A DNA stretch of 64,000 nt, from contig JAIPBU010000006.1 in assembly GCA_021738535.1 (NCBI GenBank), positions 26,068 to 90,067 of the forward strand, read 5' to 3'. The number at the start of each line of letters is the position of its first letter. Within the stretch, counting starts at the first letter, position 1. Origin of the DNA: Bacteroidales bacterium (GTDB lineage: Bacteria > Bacteroidota > Bacteroidia > Bacteroidales > VadinHA17). Position numbers and translations under genes: made by a program. The notes under the pieces are model-generated. The model worked only from the letters and a program-made list of their open reading frames with translations, searched no databases and was not told the origin of the DNA. Of the stretch, positions 18,048 through 27,160 are shown piece after piece.

Positions 18048-18767
18048 CTAAAACCCGAGCACATCACTCATTGTAAATATTCCTTTTCGTTTATGAATAT
18101 ACTCTGCAGCAAAAATTGCACCAAGAGCAAACCCCTTTCTGTTGTGTGCCTCATGCTTTATACTTATTGTATCAATAGAAGATTGCCATTTAACAATATG
18201 TGTACCGGTAACATTGCCTTCACGTAAACAATGTATCCCAATTCCACTTTCATCATTGTTTTCATCCCTGTACCATGATTTATAACGGCTGCATTCATTA
18301 ATTATGTCGCCGGCCAGGCTGATAGCCGTGCCACTCGGGGCATCTTTCTTGGCCGTATGATGAACCTCGCTCAGCTCAACCCTGTATTCCTCCATCCTTT
18401 CCATAACAGCCGCAAGTTCCCTGTTGAATTTAAACAAAACATTTACCCCAATGCTGAAATTAGATGCATACAAAAAGGCTCCATTTTTTTCTTTTACAAG
18501 TTTTTTAAGCTCTTCCAGCCTTTCTGTCCAACCGGTAGTACCTGATATTACAGGCACTCCCCTTTCAATACACCTTGTAATATTACTGAAAGCTGTACCA
18601 GGCAGCGAAAATTCAACAGCTACATCAGAAGCGGCAAATAAGCGGGAATCAAAATCTTCAGGATTATCCTTATCGATTTTCAACAAGACCTGGTGACCTC
18701 TGTTCAAAGCCATCTCTTCAACCTCCCTGCCCATTCTCCCATATCCTATAATTATAATTTTCATCAT
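18048..18767 (-). CDS. dapB: 4-hydroxy-tetrahydrodipicolinate reductase
   Basis: KIIIIGYGRMG Rossmann start, GTTGW, E.HH..K.DAPSGTA motif. 239 aa. Confidence 0.95.
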   Translation of the reverse strand: MMKIIIIGYGRMGREVEEMALNRGHQVLLKIDKDNPEDFDSRLFAASDVAVEFSLPGTAFSNITRCIERGVPVISGTTGWTERLEELKKLVKEKNGAFLYASNFSIGVNVLFKFNRELAAVMERMEEYRVELSEVHHTAKKDAPSGTAISLAGDIINECSRYKSWYRDENNDESGIGIHCLREGNVTGTHIVKWQSSIDTISIKHEAHNRKGFALGAIFAAEYIHKRKGIFTMSDVLGF

Positions 18768-18898
18768 GTGAAATTTTTGATTAATAACTTCTCCTTCCGT
18801 ATTTCTTACTAATACCCGGCTAAATTACCCATTTTTTTAAGCATTGGTAAATATTGAGAGCGGAAACATTATTACTAACTTTATCCCATATTTGAATT

Positions 18899-21193
18899 AT
18901 GATACTCATGAGCAGGAACAATACTACCTTAATACTTTTTATATTTATCTTAATACTGTTTCCAGTTATCTCAGAAGCCCAGAAGACTGATCCTTATCAT
19001 TCACACAAGGGAGGATTCGGTGAGCTTATAATGCAGGATGCGGGTATTTCCATCTGGTGGTGCAAGGGAGCTTATAAAGTTATGCGTGACACCCCGCTAC
19101 CGGAGAAGTCGGGAGGGATGGTTAAAATCTCGGCTGCTAAAAACGAATATGAACCCTTTCAGCTTGTAATAAGACCCGGATCCAGGATAGAGAATTTACG
19201 TATATCAGCAGGAAACCTGGTCAATGGAGAAAACATTATCTCCCATAATAACCTGCAAATCAGGAAGGTTGAATATGTAAAAGTTGCAAAACCCACTGAC
19301 AGCTATGGCTACAGTGATTACTGGCCTGATCCTCTTCCTGAAGTAAAAGGGCCATCCAGGGCATATGGGGCTGAGAATAATGCATACTGGATAACGGTTT
19401 TTGTTCCATCTGATACAGAGCCGGGGATTTACGAAGGAACAGTCAGATTAAAGAGCCCGGAATTAAGCAGTGAGATTCCTGTCAGACTTGAAGTATTTGA
19501 CTTTTGCCTGCCGGATACTACAAGCCTGAGGTCCGGATTCGGGCTTAGCGTAGACAAAATATCTGCATACCATAACCTGGAGAGAGAAGAGGATATAAAA
19601 GAAACATTCGATCTCTACATGAAGTCTTTCAGGGATTACCGGATTGCTCCCTATGATCCTTTCTACCTCTATCCTGTTAAAGAAAAGACAAAAGGCATAC
19701 ACTGGAGTGGCGGAATATACGATTATACCAACTCATTTAACGGTGAATATTCCTTTATGATTGAAGACGATAATACAACTGTATCCGTGGCCGGCAGATA
19801 TAAGAAGTTAATAAATATTGAAAACGGAAAAAAATACATGCTACGGTGGAACTTAAAAACAGGAGAAGATAATCAACAATACTGCATCCTGGTTGAAGGA
19901 TTTGACGGTGAAGGGAAAAAACTCGTTTTTGAGAACAGGATGGAAGTTTTTAGCGGTGACAGCACCTGGTCTTCAGAGGAATATAAAGACCTGGTCTTTC
20001 CCTTTGAAGTTTCTGCAGTAAGTCTTTCAGTTTTCCCGGTATTCAGGACGGCCACCGGAGAAAACACAGGCAAATTATGGTTAGATAATATAGTTTTCAG
20101 TGAAGACGGGAAAAATAATAACCTGCTGATGCAGGGTGATTTTGAAGTAAAATCCGGAGATGTAGACATTGAGCTTGATTTTTCTGAGTTTGACCAGGCA
20201 GGCGAACGATATCTTGATGAATTTGGTTTTAATTCTTTCAGGCTATACCTGAAGGGGATGGGAAGCGGAACTTACTACAGCAGGAATAAGGGTGTCTTTG
20301 AAGGATTTGTTAAAGGCAGCCCCGTATATGACAGCCTTATGCACAAATACCTTACAACAATGCAGTCCCACCTAAAAGAAAAAGGCTGGCTTGGTAAGGA
20401 ATATGTTTACTGGTTTGATGAACCGGGTAAAAAAGATTATCCCTTCGTCAGGGACGGTATGGAAACAATTAAAAAATCGGCTCCGGAAATTTCGACCTTT
20501 ATAACAGAAAATGATCCTGGTCCTGAAATAATGGATGTTACCGATATTACATGCACCATATTCCATCGTGTTGATCCCGCTGAAGCAAAAGATATAGTAG
20601 CCGGGGGACAGGAATACTGGTCGTACCTATGTACAGCCCCAAAATATCCATGGATATCAGAATTTATTGATCATGATGCAATTAATATGCGAATGTGGTT
20701 ATGGGTGACTTATGCATACAGGCTTAACGGTATACTGATATGGTCAACAAACTACTGGACATCAAGATCAGCATCCCCTGCCGGATACCTGCAGAACCCA
20801 TGGAAAGAACCGGCATCTTTTGTACAGGGTTATGGCTGGCCATATGGCAAGCAAACAGTCTGGGGAAATGGAGACGGACGTTTGTTCTACCCTCCCAATA
20901 AGAATCCAAATACAGACAAGAGTAAATACATAGAGCGACCGGTACCTTCTCTAAGGCTAGAGTTCCTGAGACAGGGAATTGAAGATTATGAGTACCTTGT
21001 AATGCTGGAGCAGCTTTTGAACAAGGCCGTCAATCATGATGATAATACTATTACAAAAGCTAAAAATCTTCTTAAAGTTAGAGGGAAGCTTTTTAATGAT
21101 GGCAAAGACTATGTAAAAGACCCCGATAAAATCTACACTTACAGGAAAGAAATAGCCAGGATGATTTCAGAAATAAACATTAATACCAGATAA
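18899..21193 (+). CDS. Secreted DUF4091-domain protein (GH123-like glycoside hydrolase candidate)
   Basis: Signal peptide. The C-terminal region (WSYLCTAP...INMRMWLW...WGNGDGRLFYPP...LRQGIEDYEYL) has the pattern I associate with DUF4091/GH123. The family call is from memory. Confidence 0.65.
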   Translation: MILMSRNNTTLILFIFILILFPVISEAQKTDPYHSHKGGFGELIMQDAGISIWWCKGAYKVMRDTPLPEKSGGMVKISAAKNEYEPFQLVIRPGSRIENLRISAGNLVNGENIISHNNLQIRKVEYVKVAKPTDSYGYSDYWPDPLPEVKGPSRAYGAENNAYWITVFVPSDTEPGIYEGTVRLKSPELSSEIPVRLEVFDFCLPDTTSLRSGFGLSVDKISAYHNLEREEDIKETFDLYMKSFRDYRIAPYDPFYLYPVKEKTKGIHWSGGIYDYTNSFNGEYSFMIEDDNTTVSVAGRYKKLINIENGKKYMLRWNLKTGEDNQQYCILVEGFDGEGKKLVFENRMEVFSGDSTWSSEEYKDLVFPFEVSAVSLSVFPVFRTATGENTGKLWLDNIVFSEDGKNNNLLMQGDFEVKSGDVDIELDFSEFDQAGERYLDEFGFNSFRLYLKGMGSGTYYSRNKGVFEGFVKGSPVYDSLMHKYLTTMQSHLKEKGWLGKEYVYWFDEPGKKDYPFVRDGMETIKKSAPEISTFITENDPGPEIMDVTDITCTIFHRVDPAEAKDIVAGGQEYWSYLCTAPKYPWISEFIDHDAINMRMWLWVTYAYRLNGILIWSTNYWTSRSASPAGYLQNPWKEPASFVQGYGWPYGKQTVWGNGDGRLFYPPNKNPNTDKSKYIERPVPSLRLEFLRQGIEDYEYLVMLEQLLNKAVNHDDNTITKAKNLLKVRGKLFNDGKDYVKDPDKIYTYRKEIARMISEININTR

Positions 21194-21194
21194 A

Positions 21195-21968
21195 ATGAAA
21201 AATACAATAAAGCTATTTGTAGCAGTACTATTGATGGTTTCATGTACCGCACAGGAAAAGGATGCAAATGATCAGTGGGAAAGAATCTTTAACGGAGTAA
21301 GCATGGAAGGCTGGACCATTAAGATTACCGGACATCCATTAGGTGAAAACTACAATAATACTTTTGTTATAGAAGACAGTGTGTTAAAAGTAAACTATGA
21401 CAATTACGAGTCCTTTAACGGAGAGTTCGGACATATTTTTTATAATGAAGAATTATCATCCTACCGCCTGAGGTTGAAGTACAGGTTTAACGGAGAACAG
21501 GTAAGCGGAGGACCCGGATGGGGATACAGGAACAGCGGGGTAATGCTCCACAGCCAGTCGCCGGAATCTATGTTGCTGAACCAGGATTTCCCAGTATCTG
21601 TTGAAGCACAGTTTCTCGGAGGTGATGGACATACAGAAAGATCAACTCTTAACCTGTGTACACCCGGGACTAATGTTATTATTGATAAGGAATTGATTAC
21701 CAGGCATTGTACCAATAGCAACTCAAAAACTTACCACGGTGATGTATGGGTGGAAACCGAACTAGTGGTTTACAGTGACAGTATCATTCATCATATAGTT
21801 AACGGAGACACTGTAATAAGTTACAACAGCCCGCAGATAGGAGGAGGCAGCATCCCGGAGGGATTTCCGCTCCCTGAAGGCACTATGCTTGAATCTGGCT
21901 ATATTTCGCTCCAGGCGGAAAGCCACCCCGTGGAATTTAAGGATATTGAGATAATGAAAATAAAATAG
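21195..21968 (+). CDS. DUF1080 (3-keto-disaccharide hydrolase family) lipoprotein
   Basis: Lipoprotein signal (LMVSC); W..IFNG....GW start and GYISLQAESHPVEFKDIEI end, typical of DUF1080. Starts 1 nt after the preceding gene. Confidence 0.85.
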   Translation: MKNTIKLFVAVLLMVSCTAQEKDANDQWERIFNGVSMEGWTIKITGHPLGENYNNTFVIEDSVLKVNYDNYESFNGEFGHIFYNEELSSYRLRLKYRFNGEQVSGGPGWGYRNSGVMLHSQSPESMLLNQDFPVSVEAQFLGGDGHTERSTLNLCTPGTNVIIDKELITRHCTNSNSKTYHGDVWVETELVVYSDSIIHHIVNGDTVISYNSPQIGGGSIPEGFPLPEGTMLESGYISLQAESHPVEFKDIEIMKIK

Positions 21969-21995
21969 GCTGAGAGCTAAGGCTAAGGAGAAGGC
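21969..21995 (+). repeat. Degenerate AGGCTR hexamer repeats directly after the DUF1080 stop codon
   Basis: The sequence tag gct gag agc taa ggc taa gga gaa ggc tga has 6-nt periodicity and the same family as the 8861 array. Confidence 0.8.
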
Positions 21996-22042
21996 TGATA
22001 CCATGATCAACGCCCGGGAACTGGCCATTGCGGGTAAAACAT

Positions 22043-22098
22043 CCTTTAGCCTTTAGTCTTTTGTCTTTAGTCTTTAGTCTTTTGTCTTTAGTCTTTTT
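22043..22098 (-). repeat. Heptamer-phased array with a perfect 21-nt tandem duplication that includes the last six codons and stop of the amidohydrolase gene
   Basis: Plus strand: cctttag cctttag tcttttg tctttag tctttag tcttttg tctttag tcttttt. Minus strand in the CDS frame: aga cta aag aca aaa gac taa twice (22094-22074 and 22073-22053), then agg cta aag. Confidence 0.95.
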
Positions 22099-23780
22099 TC
22101 TCTATCAAAAACAACCTTCCCTCCCACTATGGTATAATCGACCTTCGTTTTCATTATCTGGTCTTCATCTATGCTCATAAGGTCTTTATCTGTGATTACC
22201 ATATCGGCCAGGTATCCTTCTTTTATCATACCCTTACGGTCTTCCATGAACTGGGAGTATGCAGACCCAAGTGTATAGAGTCTAATTGCCTCTTCCATTG
22301 TGAGCTTTTCCTCAGGAAACCATCCCTCCCCTTCTTCGCCCAGTCTGTCTTTCCTGCTTACAGCGGCATACAGCCCTTCCATGGGATTAAGAGGCTCAAC
22401 TGAATAATCGGTACCAAAGGCTATCTTAGCGCCAGACCCGAGTAATGTGCTCCAGGCATATGCACCTTTGCTTCTTTCTATCCCTATTCGCTTCTCACAG
22501 AAGCGTTTATCGGTGATACAGTGTGTTGGTTGCATTGATGCAATCACTTCCAGATCAGCAAAACGGGGTATATCTTCCTGTATAAGGAGTTGAGCATGCT
22601 CACTTCTGTGTCTGCTGTCTCTTGTACCGTTTTCCTCTGCCGCCTTCTGATAAGCATTCAGAATCCAATGGTTTGCCTTTGTTCCAATAGCATGTATACC
22701 AATCTGGAAGCCGGCAGCATCAGAAGAAACGACTTTCTCTTCCAGCTCTTCATAAGTCATCTGCGGCAATCCGGCTTTATCAGGCTCATCACTAAAAGGA
22801 TCAAACATAAGCGCTGTACCAGAACCCAGTGTACCATCAATAAAGCCTTTAAGATATCCAAACCTCAGCCAGTCATTTTCATAGGGATATTTCTCCAGTT
22901 GTTTCTTATATTTTATCAGCTCTTCCTCATCTGCAGTAAGGATCCCACCAATATCAATCCTGGATGTAAGCTTACCTTCCTCCATTAGCCTGTCCCACAT
23001 ATCCCAGTTTGCCCTTCCGGGTATCTGTATACTTGTAATACCCAGTTTACGGGCCTTCTCTAGTGCCATTAAATAGCCATTCCACTCCCTTTCAGCCTTT
23101 TCCTCCTCTGTTCTTTCAACCGGGACAGCTCCATATTTTAAAAGACGAGTGGCCGACTCCTTGAATATACCTGTTGGCTCACCTGTTCTCGGGTCGCGCT
23201 GTATCTCCCCTCCAAAAGGATCGGGAGTATCTTTTGTAATACCTGAGTTATTTATAACCTTACTGTTTACCAACACCGAATGCCCGTCTGCACGACTCAG
23301 GACAACAGGATTATCGGGTGCCACAACATCCAGTAATTCTTTAGTGGGCCATTCCCTGTTCATAAACATCTCATGTTCCCAGTGCCCTCCCCTTATCAAC
23401 TCACCGGGTTCAGACCTGGCAACCTGCTCCTTTACTTTTTGTGTAATAGTATTCGGATCAGTAATGTAGCGAAGTTCAACATAATCAGGATTAATGGGAC
23501 CAAAATGCGCATGTGCATCATTAAAACCTGGAATAAGCAACCGGCCCGAAGCATCAATAACTTCAGTGTTTTCCCAGTCAATGTATTTTTTTATTGCAGC
23601 GGATGAACCAACAGCAATTATTTTATCACCTTTAACAGCAACAGCTTCAGCTCCTGGATTATCTTGATCTATAGTAATTACTTTGGCATTTGTTATCACA
23701 AGGTCGGCTTTTTCTGCCGGACCACAAGCATATGAAATTATAAGGATAAGCAATGACAGAAAAAAAGTGGTACTCTTCAT
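22074..23780 (-). CDS. Amidohydrolase-family metallohydrolase (YtcJ-like, Amidohydro_3), secreted or lipoprotein
   Basis: Signal peptide with Cys; GFNDAHAHF metal-binding HxH; HAIG, H..L and FGTDY motifs. 568 aa. Confidence 0.88.
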   Translation of the reverse strand: MKSTTFFLSLLILIISYACGPAEKADLVITNAKVITIDQDNPGAEAVAVKGDKIIAVGSSAAIKKYIDWENTEVIDASGRLLIPGFNDAHAHFGPINPDYVELRYITDPNTITQKVKEQVARSEPGELIRGGHWEHEMFMNREWPTKELLDVVAPDNPVVLSRADGHSVLVNSKVINNSGITKDTPDPFGGEIQRDPRTGEPTGIFKESATRLLKYGAVPVERTEEEKAEREWNGYLMALEKARKLGITSIQIPGRANWDMWDRLMEEGKLTSRIDIGGILTADEEELIKYKKQLEKYPYENDWLRFGYLKGFIDGTLGSGTALMFDPFSDEPDKAGLPQMTYEELEEKVVSSDAAGFQIGIHAIGTKANHWILNAYQKAAEENGTRDSRHRSEHAQLLIQEDIPRFADLEVIASMQPTHCITDKRFCEKRIGIERSKGAYAWSTLLGSGAKIAFGTDYSVEPLNPMEGLYAAVSRKDRLGEEGEGWFPEEKLTMEEAIRLYTLGSAYSQFMEDRKGMIKEGYLADMVITDKDLMSIDEDQIMKTKVDYTIVGGKVVFDREKRLKTKD

Positions 23781-23880
23781 CTTTATATTATATTAAGATT
23801 AAACAGGCTGCAAATTATGAAAATTAATTGAAAGAATAAACTACGGTGTGCTAGTCGCTCAGTCACCTCGTCGCTTCCTG

Positions 23881-24939
23881 TCAGAGCTTATTAATAAACC
23901 TGTTAACCTCTTCTATTGCCATTTTACCTTCTTCAAGAAAAGGGTAGAAATTCATGAAGGCGTGTATCATACCTTCATATTCACGGTAAATAACGTCCAC
24001 ACCAAATTCTTCTAATTTATCTGCGTATGCTCTGCCTTCATCCCGAAGGGGATCAACCTGTGCGGTTATTACCAGTGCCGGAGGAAAAGTGTTGTCTATT
24101 TCTGCTTCAAGCGGAGAAATGTATGGGTGTGACAGATCTATGCTATCGGGCAGATATGACTCCTTGCACCTGTACATATAATCCTCACTTATCATGTATG
24201 TTTTTCCCTCCAGCATAAAATACCTGCGGGAAGGAAAAACCTTTTCCCTGAAAGTTGCTACCGGACAACATAATACCTGTGCAGAAACAGGTGGACCACA
24301 GCTGTCGCGGCTCATTATTGTTACAACCGCAGCAAGGTTTGCTCCGGCACTCTCCCCCATTACAATAATTTTTCCGGGATTTCCACCATGATCCCCTATA
24401 TTGCTGTTTGCCCATTCCAGAACAGCCCATGCATCATTTACTGCTGCCGGAAAAGGATGCTCAGGTGCCAGGCGGTAACCGGCCGAAACCACAATTGTGC
24501 CGGTTTCCCGGGCAATTTTACGGCAGTATGCATCAAATATGTCAATATCACCCCATATGAATCCGCCACCGTGAAAATACAATATAACCGGCAAACCGTT
24601 AAGATCATCATCCTTACTGTTGCAGTATAAACGAACAGGTATTTCGTAACCTTCAGCATCAATATTTATATCTTCTGCAGAGCGGACATACGGTTTAATA
24701 AGAGTTAAAAGGTTTTTCTTTGTATCATAGACCGAATCAGGGTTAGCGGCATACCTGGAAGCATGATTTAGCACCAGTTTACTCCGTGCAGTTAAACGTG
24801 TACCTGGCTCGGGAGTATCCAGTTCACTTCGTATCTGTGACGGATTATAACCTGATAATAAACACATTATGTCGGTACACGACTGCAATAAAGTCATTAC
24901 CAATATAATAATTGCTATGCATACAATACGGTATCTCAT
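23881..24939 (-). CDS. Alpha/beta hydrolase, hormone-sensitive-lipase-type esterase
   Basis: HGGGF oxyanion motif, GESAGANL nucleophile elbow, DPLRDEG and H near the C-terminus. N-terminal lipoprotein-like signal. Confidence 0.88.
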   Translation of the reverse strand: MRYRIVCIAIIILVMTLLQSCTDIMCLLSGYNPSQIRSELDTPEPGTRLTARSKLVLNHASRYAANPDSVYDTKKNLLTLIKPYVRSAEDINIDAEGYEIPVRLYCNSKDDDLNGLPVILYFHGGGFIWGDIDIFDAYCRKIARETGTIVVSAGYRLAPEHPFPAAVNDAWAVLEWANSNIGDHGGNPGKIIVMGESAGANLAAVVTIMSRDSCGPPVSAQVLCCPVATFREKVFPSRRYFMLEGKTYMISEDYMYRCKESYLPDSIDLSHPYISPLEAEIDNTFPPALVITAQVDPLRDEGRAYADKLEEFGVDVIYREYEGMIHAFMNFYPFLEEGKMAIEEVNRFINKL

Positions 24940-25046
24940 ATATCTTTATCTGCTAAGAATAAAGTTATAAAAAGTTATGTTTCATGTCAAGGAATTATTT
25001 TAAAGCCGTTTAGGGAGAGCAGCGAGAGCCCGGTTACTTTTTTTAC

Positions 25047-25054
25047 TACTTTTG
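25047..25054 (+). promoter_or_regulatory. Candidate -7 promoter box (TActTTTG) for trmD
   Basis: Exact TAnnTTTG match 17 nt upstream of the trmD ATG. No convincing -33 TTTG at the proper spacing. Confidence 0.3.
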
Positions 25055-25070
25055 CATAAAGCGAATCAAA

Positions 25071-25751
25071 ATGAGAATAGATATAATTACCGTACTTCCT
25101 GAGCTGCTGGAAAGTCCGCTTAATCACAGCATTGTTCAACGAGCAAAGAAAAAAGGACTGGCAGAAATAAACATTATTAATCTCAGGGATTTTTCATCTG
25201 ATAAACATAAATCGGTTGATGACTATCCTTTCGGAGGCGGTCCGGGAATGGTTATGAAGGTTGAGCCTATTTATAAAGCCATTAAACACCTTAAATCTGA
25301 AAGGGAATACGATGAGATTATATATACAAGTCCTGATGGAAGCTTATTCAATCAGAAAATAGCCAATGAACTATCTCTGAAACAAAACATCATTATCCTG
25401 GCAGGCCATTACAAGGGTATCGATCAGAGAGTCAGGGATCAGCTCGTAACCAGGGAGATATCTGTGGGTGATTATGTCCTGTCAGGGGGAGAGATACCTG
25501 CTGCATTGATAACTGATGCTATTGTGAGGCTAATACCGGGAGTGATCTCAGATGAGCAATCAGCTCTTTATGATTCATTCCAGGACAACCTGCTTGCTCC
25601 TCCTGTATATACCAGGCCTGCTGAATTCAGGGGATGGAAAGTACCGGATATTCTTTTATCGGGGAATACGCCGGAAATTGAGAAATGGAGGCATGAGCAG
25701 TCACTTCAGAGAACCAGGAACCTGCGACCTGACCTGCTTGAAGGTGAATAA
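25071..25751 (+). CDS. trmD: tRNA (guanine37-N1)-methyltransferase
   Basis: [11 protein letters not shown] start, [34 protein letters not shown]. 226 aa. Confidence 0.95.
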   Translation: MRIDIITVLPELLESPLNHSIVQRAKKKGLAEINIINLRDFSSDKHKSVDDYPFGGGPGMVMKVEPIYKAIKHLKSEREYDEIIYTSPDGSLFNQKIANELSLKQNIIILAGHYKGIDQRVRDQLVTREISVGDYVLSGGEIPAALITDAIVRLIPGVISDEQSALYDSFQDNLLAPPVYTRPAEFRGWKVPDILLSGNTPEIEKWRHEQSLQRTRNLRPDLLEGE

Positions 25752-25840
25752 AATATTGTTAGCTGTTTTTTAGTTTTACCGCTATGTTTTTACTATAATT
25801 GTATCTTATTAAAAAAAACAAGTTCTTAAATATCAAACAC

Positions 25841-27052
25841 ATGAACACACAGGATTATATTAAGAGAGAAGATAAGTACGGAGCACATAATTATCATCCG
25901 TTGCCGGTAGTGCTGGAACGCGGTGAAGGCCCTTTTGTATGGGACGTGGAAGGTAAAAGGTATTATGATTTTCTTTCAGCTTATTCAGCCATTAACCAGG
26001 GACACTGCCACCCGGATATCATAAAGGCCCTTCAGGACCAGGCAGCCACCCTTACGCTGACTTCCAGAGCTTTTTACAATAACGTTCTCGGTGAATTTGA
26101 GGAGTACATAACAAAATATTTTGGTTACGATAAGGTACTTCCTATGAACTCGGGTGCCGAAGCTGATGAAACTGCACTTAAGCTTTGCCGTAAATGGGCT
26201 TACCAGAAGAAAGGTATTGAGAAGGACAAAGCAAAGATCATTGTGTGCGAAAGTAATTTCCATGGTCGCACAATAACCATTGTTTCAATGTCAACAGACC
26301 CTGATGCAAGGAAAGACTATGGCCCGTTTACACCGGGGTTCGTAACCATACCTTACAATGACCTTGATGCACTGGCAAAAGAGCTGGAGGACCCCAATGT
26401 TGCAGGATTCCTGGTTGAGCCAATACAGGGAGAAGCAGGTGTTTTCGTACCTGATGACGGTTATCTTAAGAAGGCTTATGAAATGTGTAAGGCTAAGAAT
26501 GTTCTCTTCATTGCTGATGAGGTACAGACAGGTATAGCCAGGACAGGTAAACTGCTTGCTTCAGACCATGAAGATGTAAGACCTGATATACTGATTCTTG
26601 GCAAAGCCCTTTCAGGCGGAGTATTTCCGGTATCAGCCGTTCTTGCAGATGATGACATTATGCTGGTTATTAAGCCCGGAGAACACGGATCCACTTTCGG
26701 TGGTAATCCTATCGCAGGTAAAGTCGCTATGGCTGCTCTTGAGGTAGTAAAGAATGAAAAACTGGCTGAAAGAGCCGAATACCTGGGAAAAATATTCAGG
26801 GATGAATTCAGAAGCATCAAATCAGAAATGATTGAGCTTGTCAGGGGTAAAGGACTGCTAAATGCAGTTGTAATAAAGCCCAAAGGTGATAAAACAGCCT
26901 GGGATGTTTGTGTGGCAATGAAAGATAATGGATTAATTGCCAAGCCTACCCACGGGCATATAATCAGGTTTGCACCACCTCTCATAATTTCTGAGGAACA
27001 ACTTAGAGGTGCAATGAATATAATAAAAGAAACTTTTAAGGAATTTGAATAG
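25841..27052 (+). CDS. rocD: Ornithine aminotransferase
   Basis: [45 protein letters not shown] (PLP lysine). I prefer the ATG at 25841 over the TTG at 25799. Confidence 0.92.
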   Translation: MNTQDYIKREDKYGAHNYHPLPVVLERGEGPFVWDVEGKRYYDFLSAYSAINQGHCHPDIIKALQDQAATLTLTSRAFYNNVLGEFEEYITKYFGYDKVLPMNSGAEADETALKLCRKWAYQKKGIEKDKAKIIVCESNFHGRTITIVSMSTDPDARKDYGPFTPGFVTIPYNDLDALAKELEDPNVAGFLVEPIQGEAGVFVPDDGYLKKAYEMCKAKNVLFIADEVQTGIARTGKLLASDHEDVRPDILILGKALSGGVFPVSAVLADDDIMLVIKPGEHGSTFGGNPIAGKVAMAALEVVKNEKLAERAEYLGKIFRDEFRSIKSEMIELVRGKGLLNAVVIKPKGDKTAWDVCVAMKDNGLIAKPTHGHIIRFAPPLIISEEQLRGAMNIIKETFKEFE

Positions 27053-27077
27053 ATTCCAGAATTACATGCATGAGCAG

Positions 27078-27120
27078 AAAAGCCCGGGTTTACTTCTAAC
27101 TTACTCTCCGGGCTTTTTCT
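27078..27120 (+). terminator. Terminator-like hairpin after rocD
   Basis: aaaagcccgg ... ccgggcttttt with a 20-nt loop, followed by T-rich sequence. Confidence 0.6.
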
Positions 27121-27160
27121 TTATATAAAGAGTGTTATTTTTGACTAAAATTATACTAAC

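Noticed and set aside
26476-26985. 169-aa ORF antisense to rocD
   Set aside because: It is embedded in a conserved aminotransferase CDS. The composition (S/L/P/A-rich) is a mirror-frame artefact.
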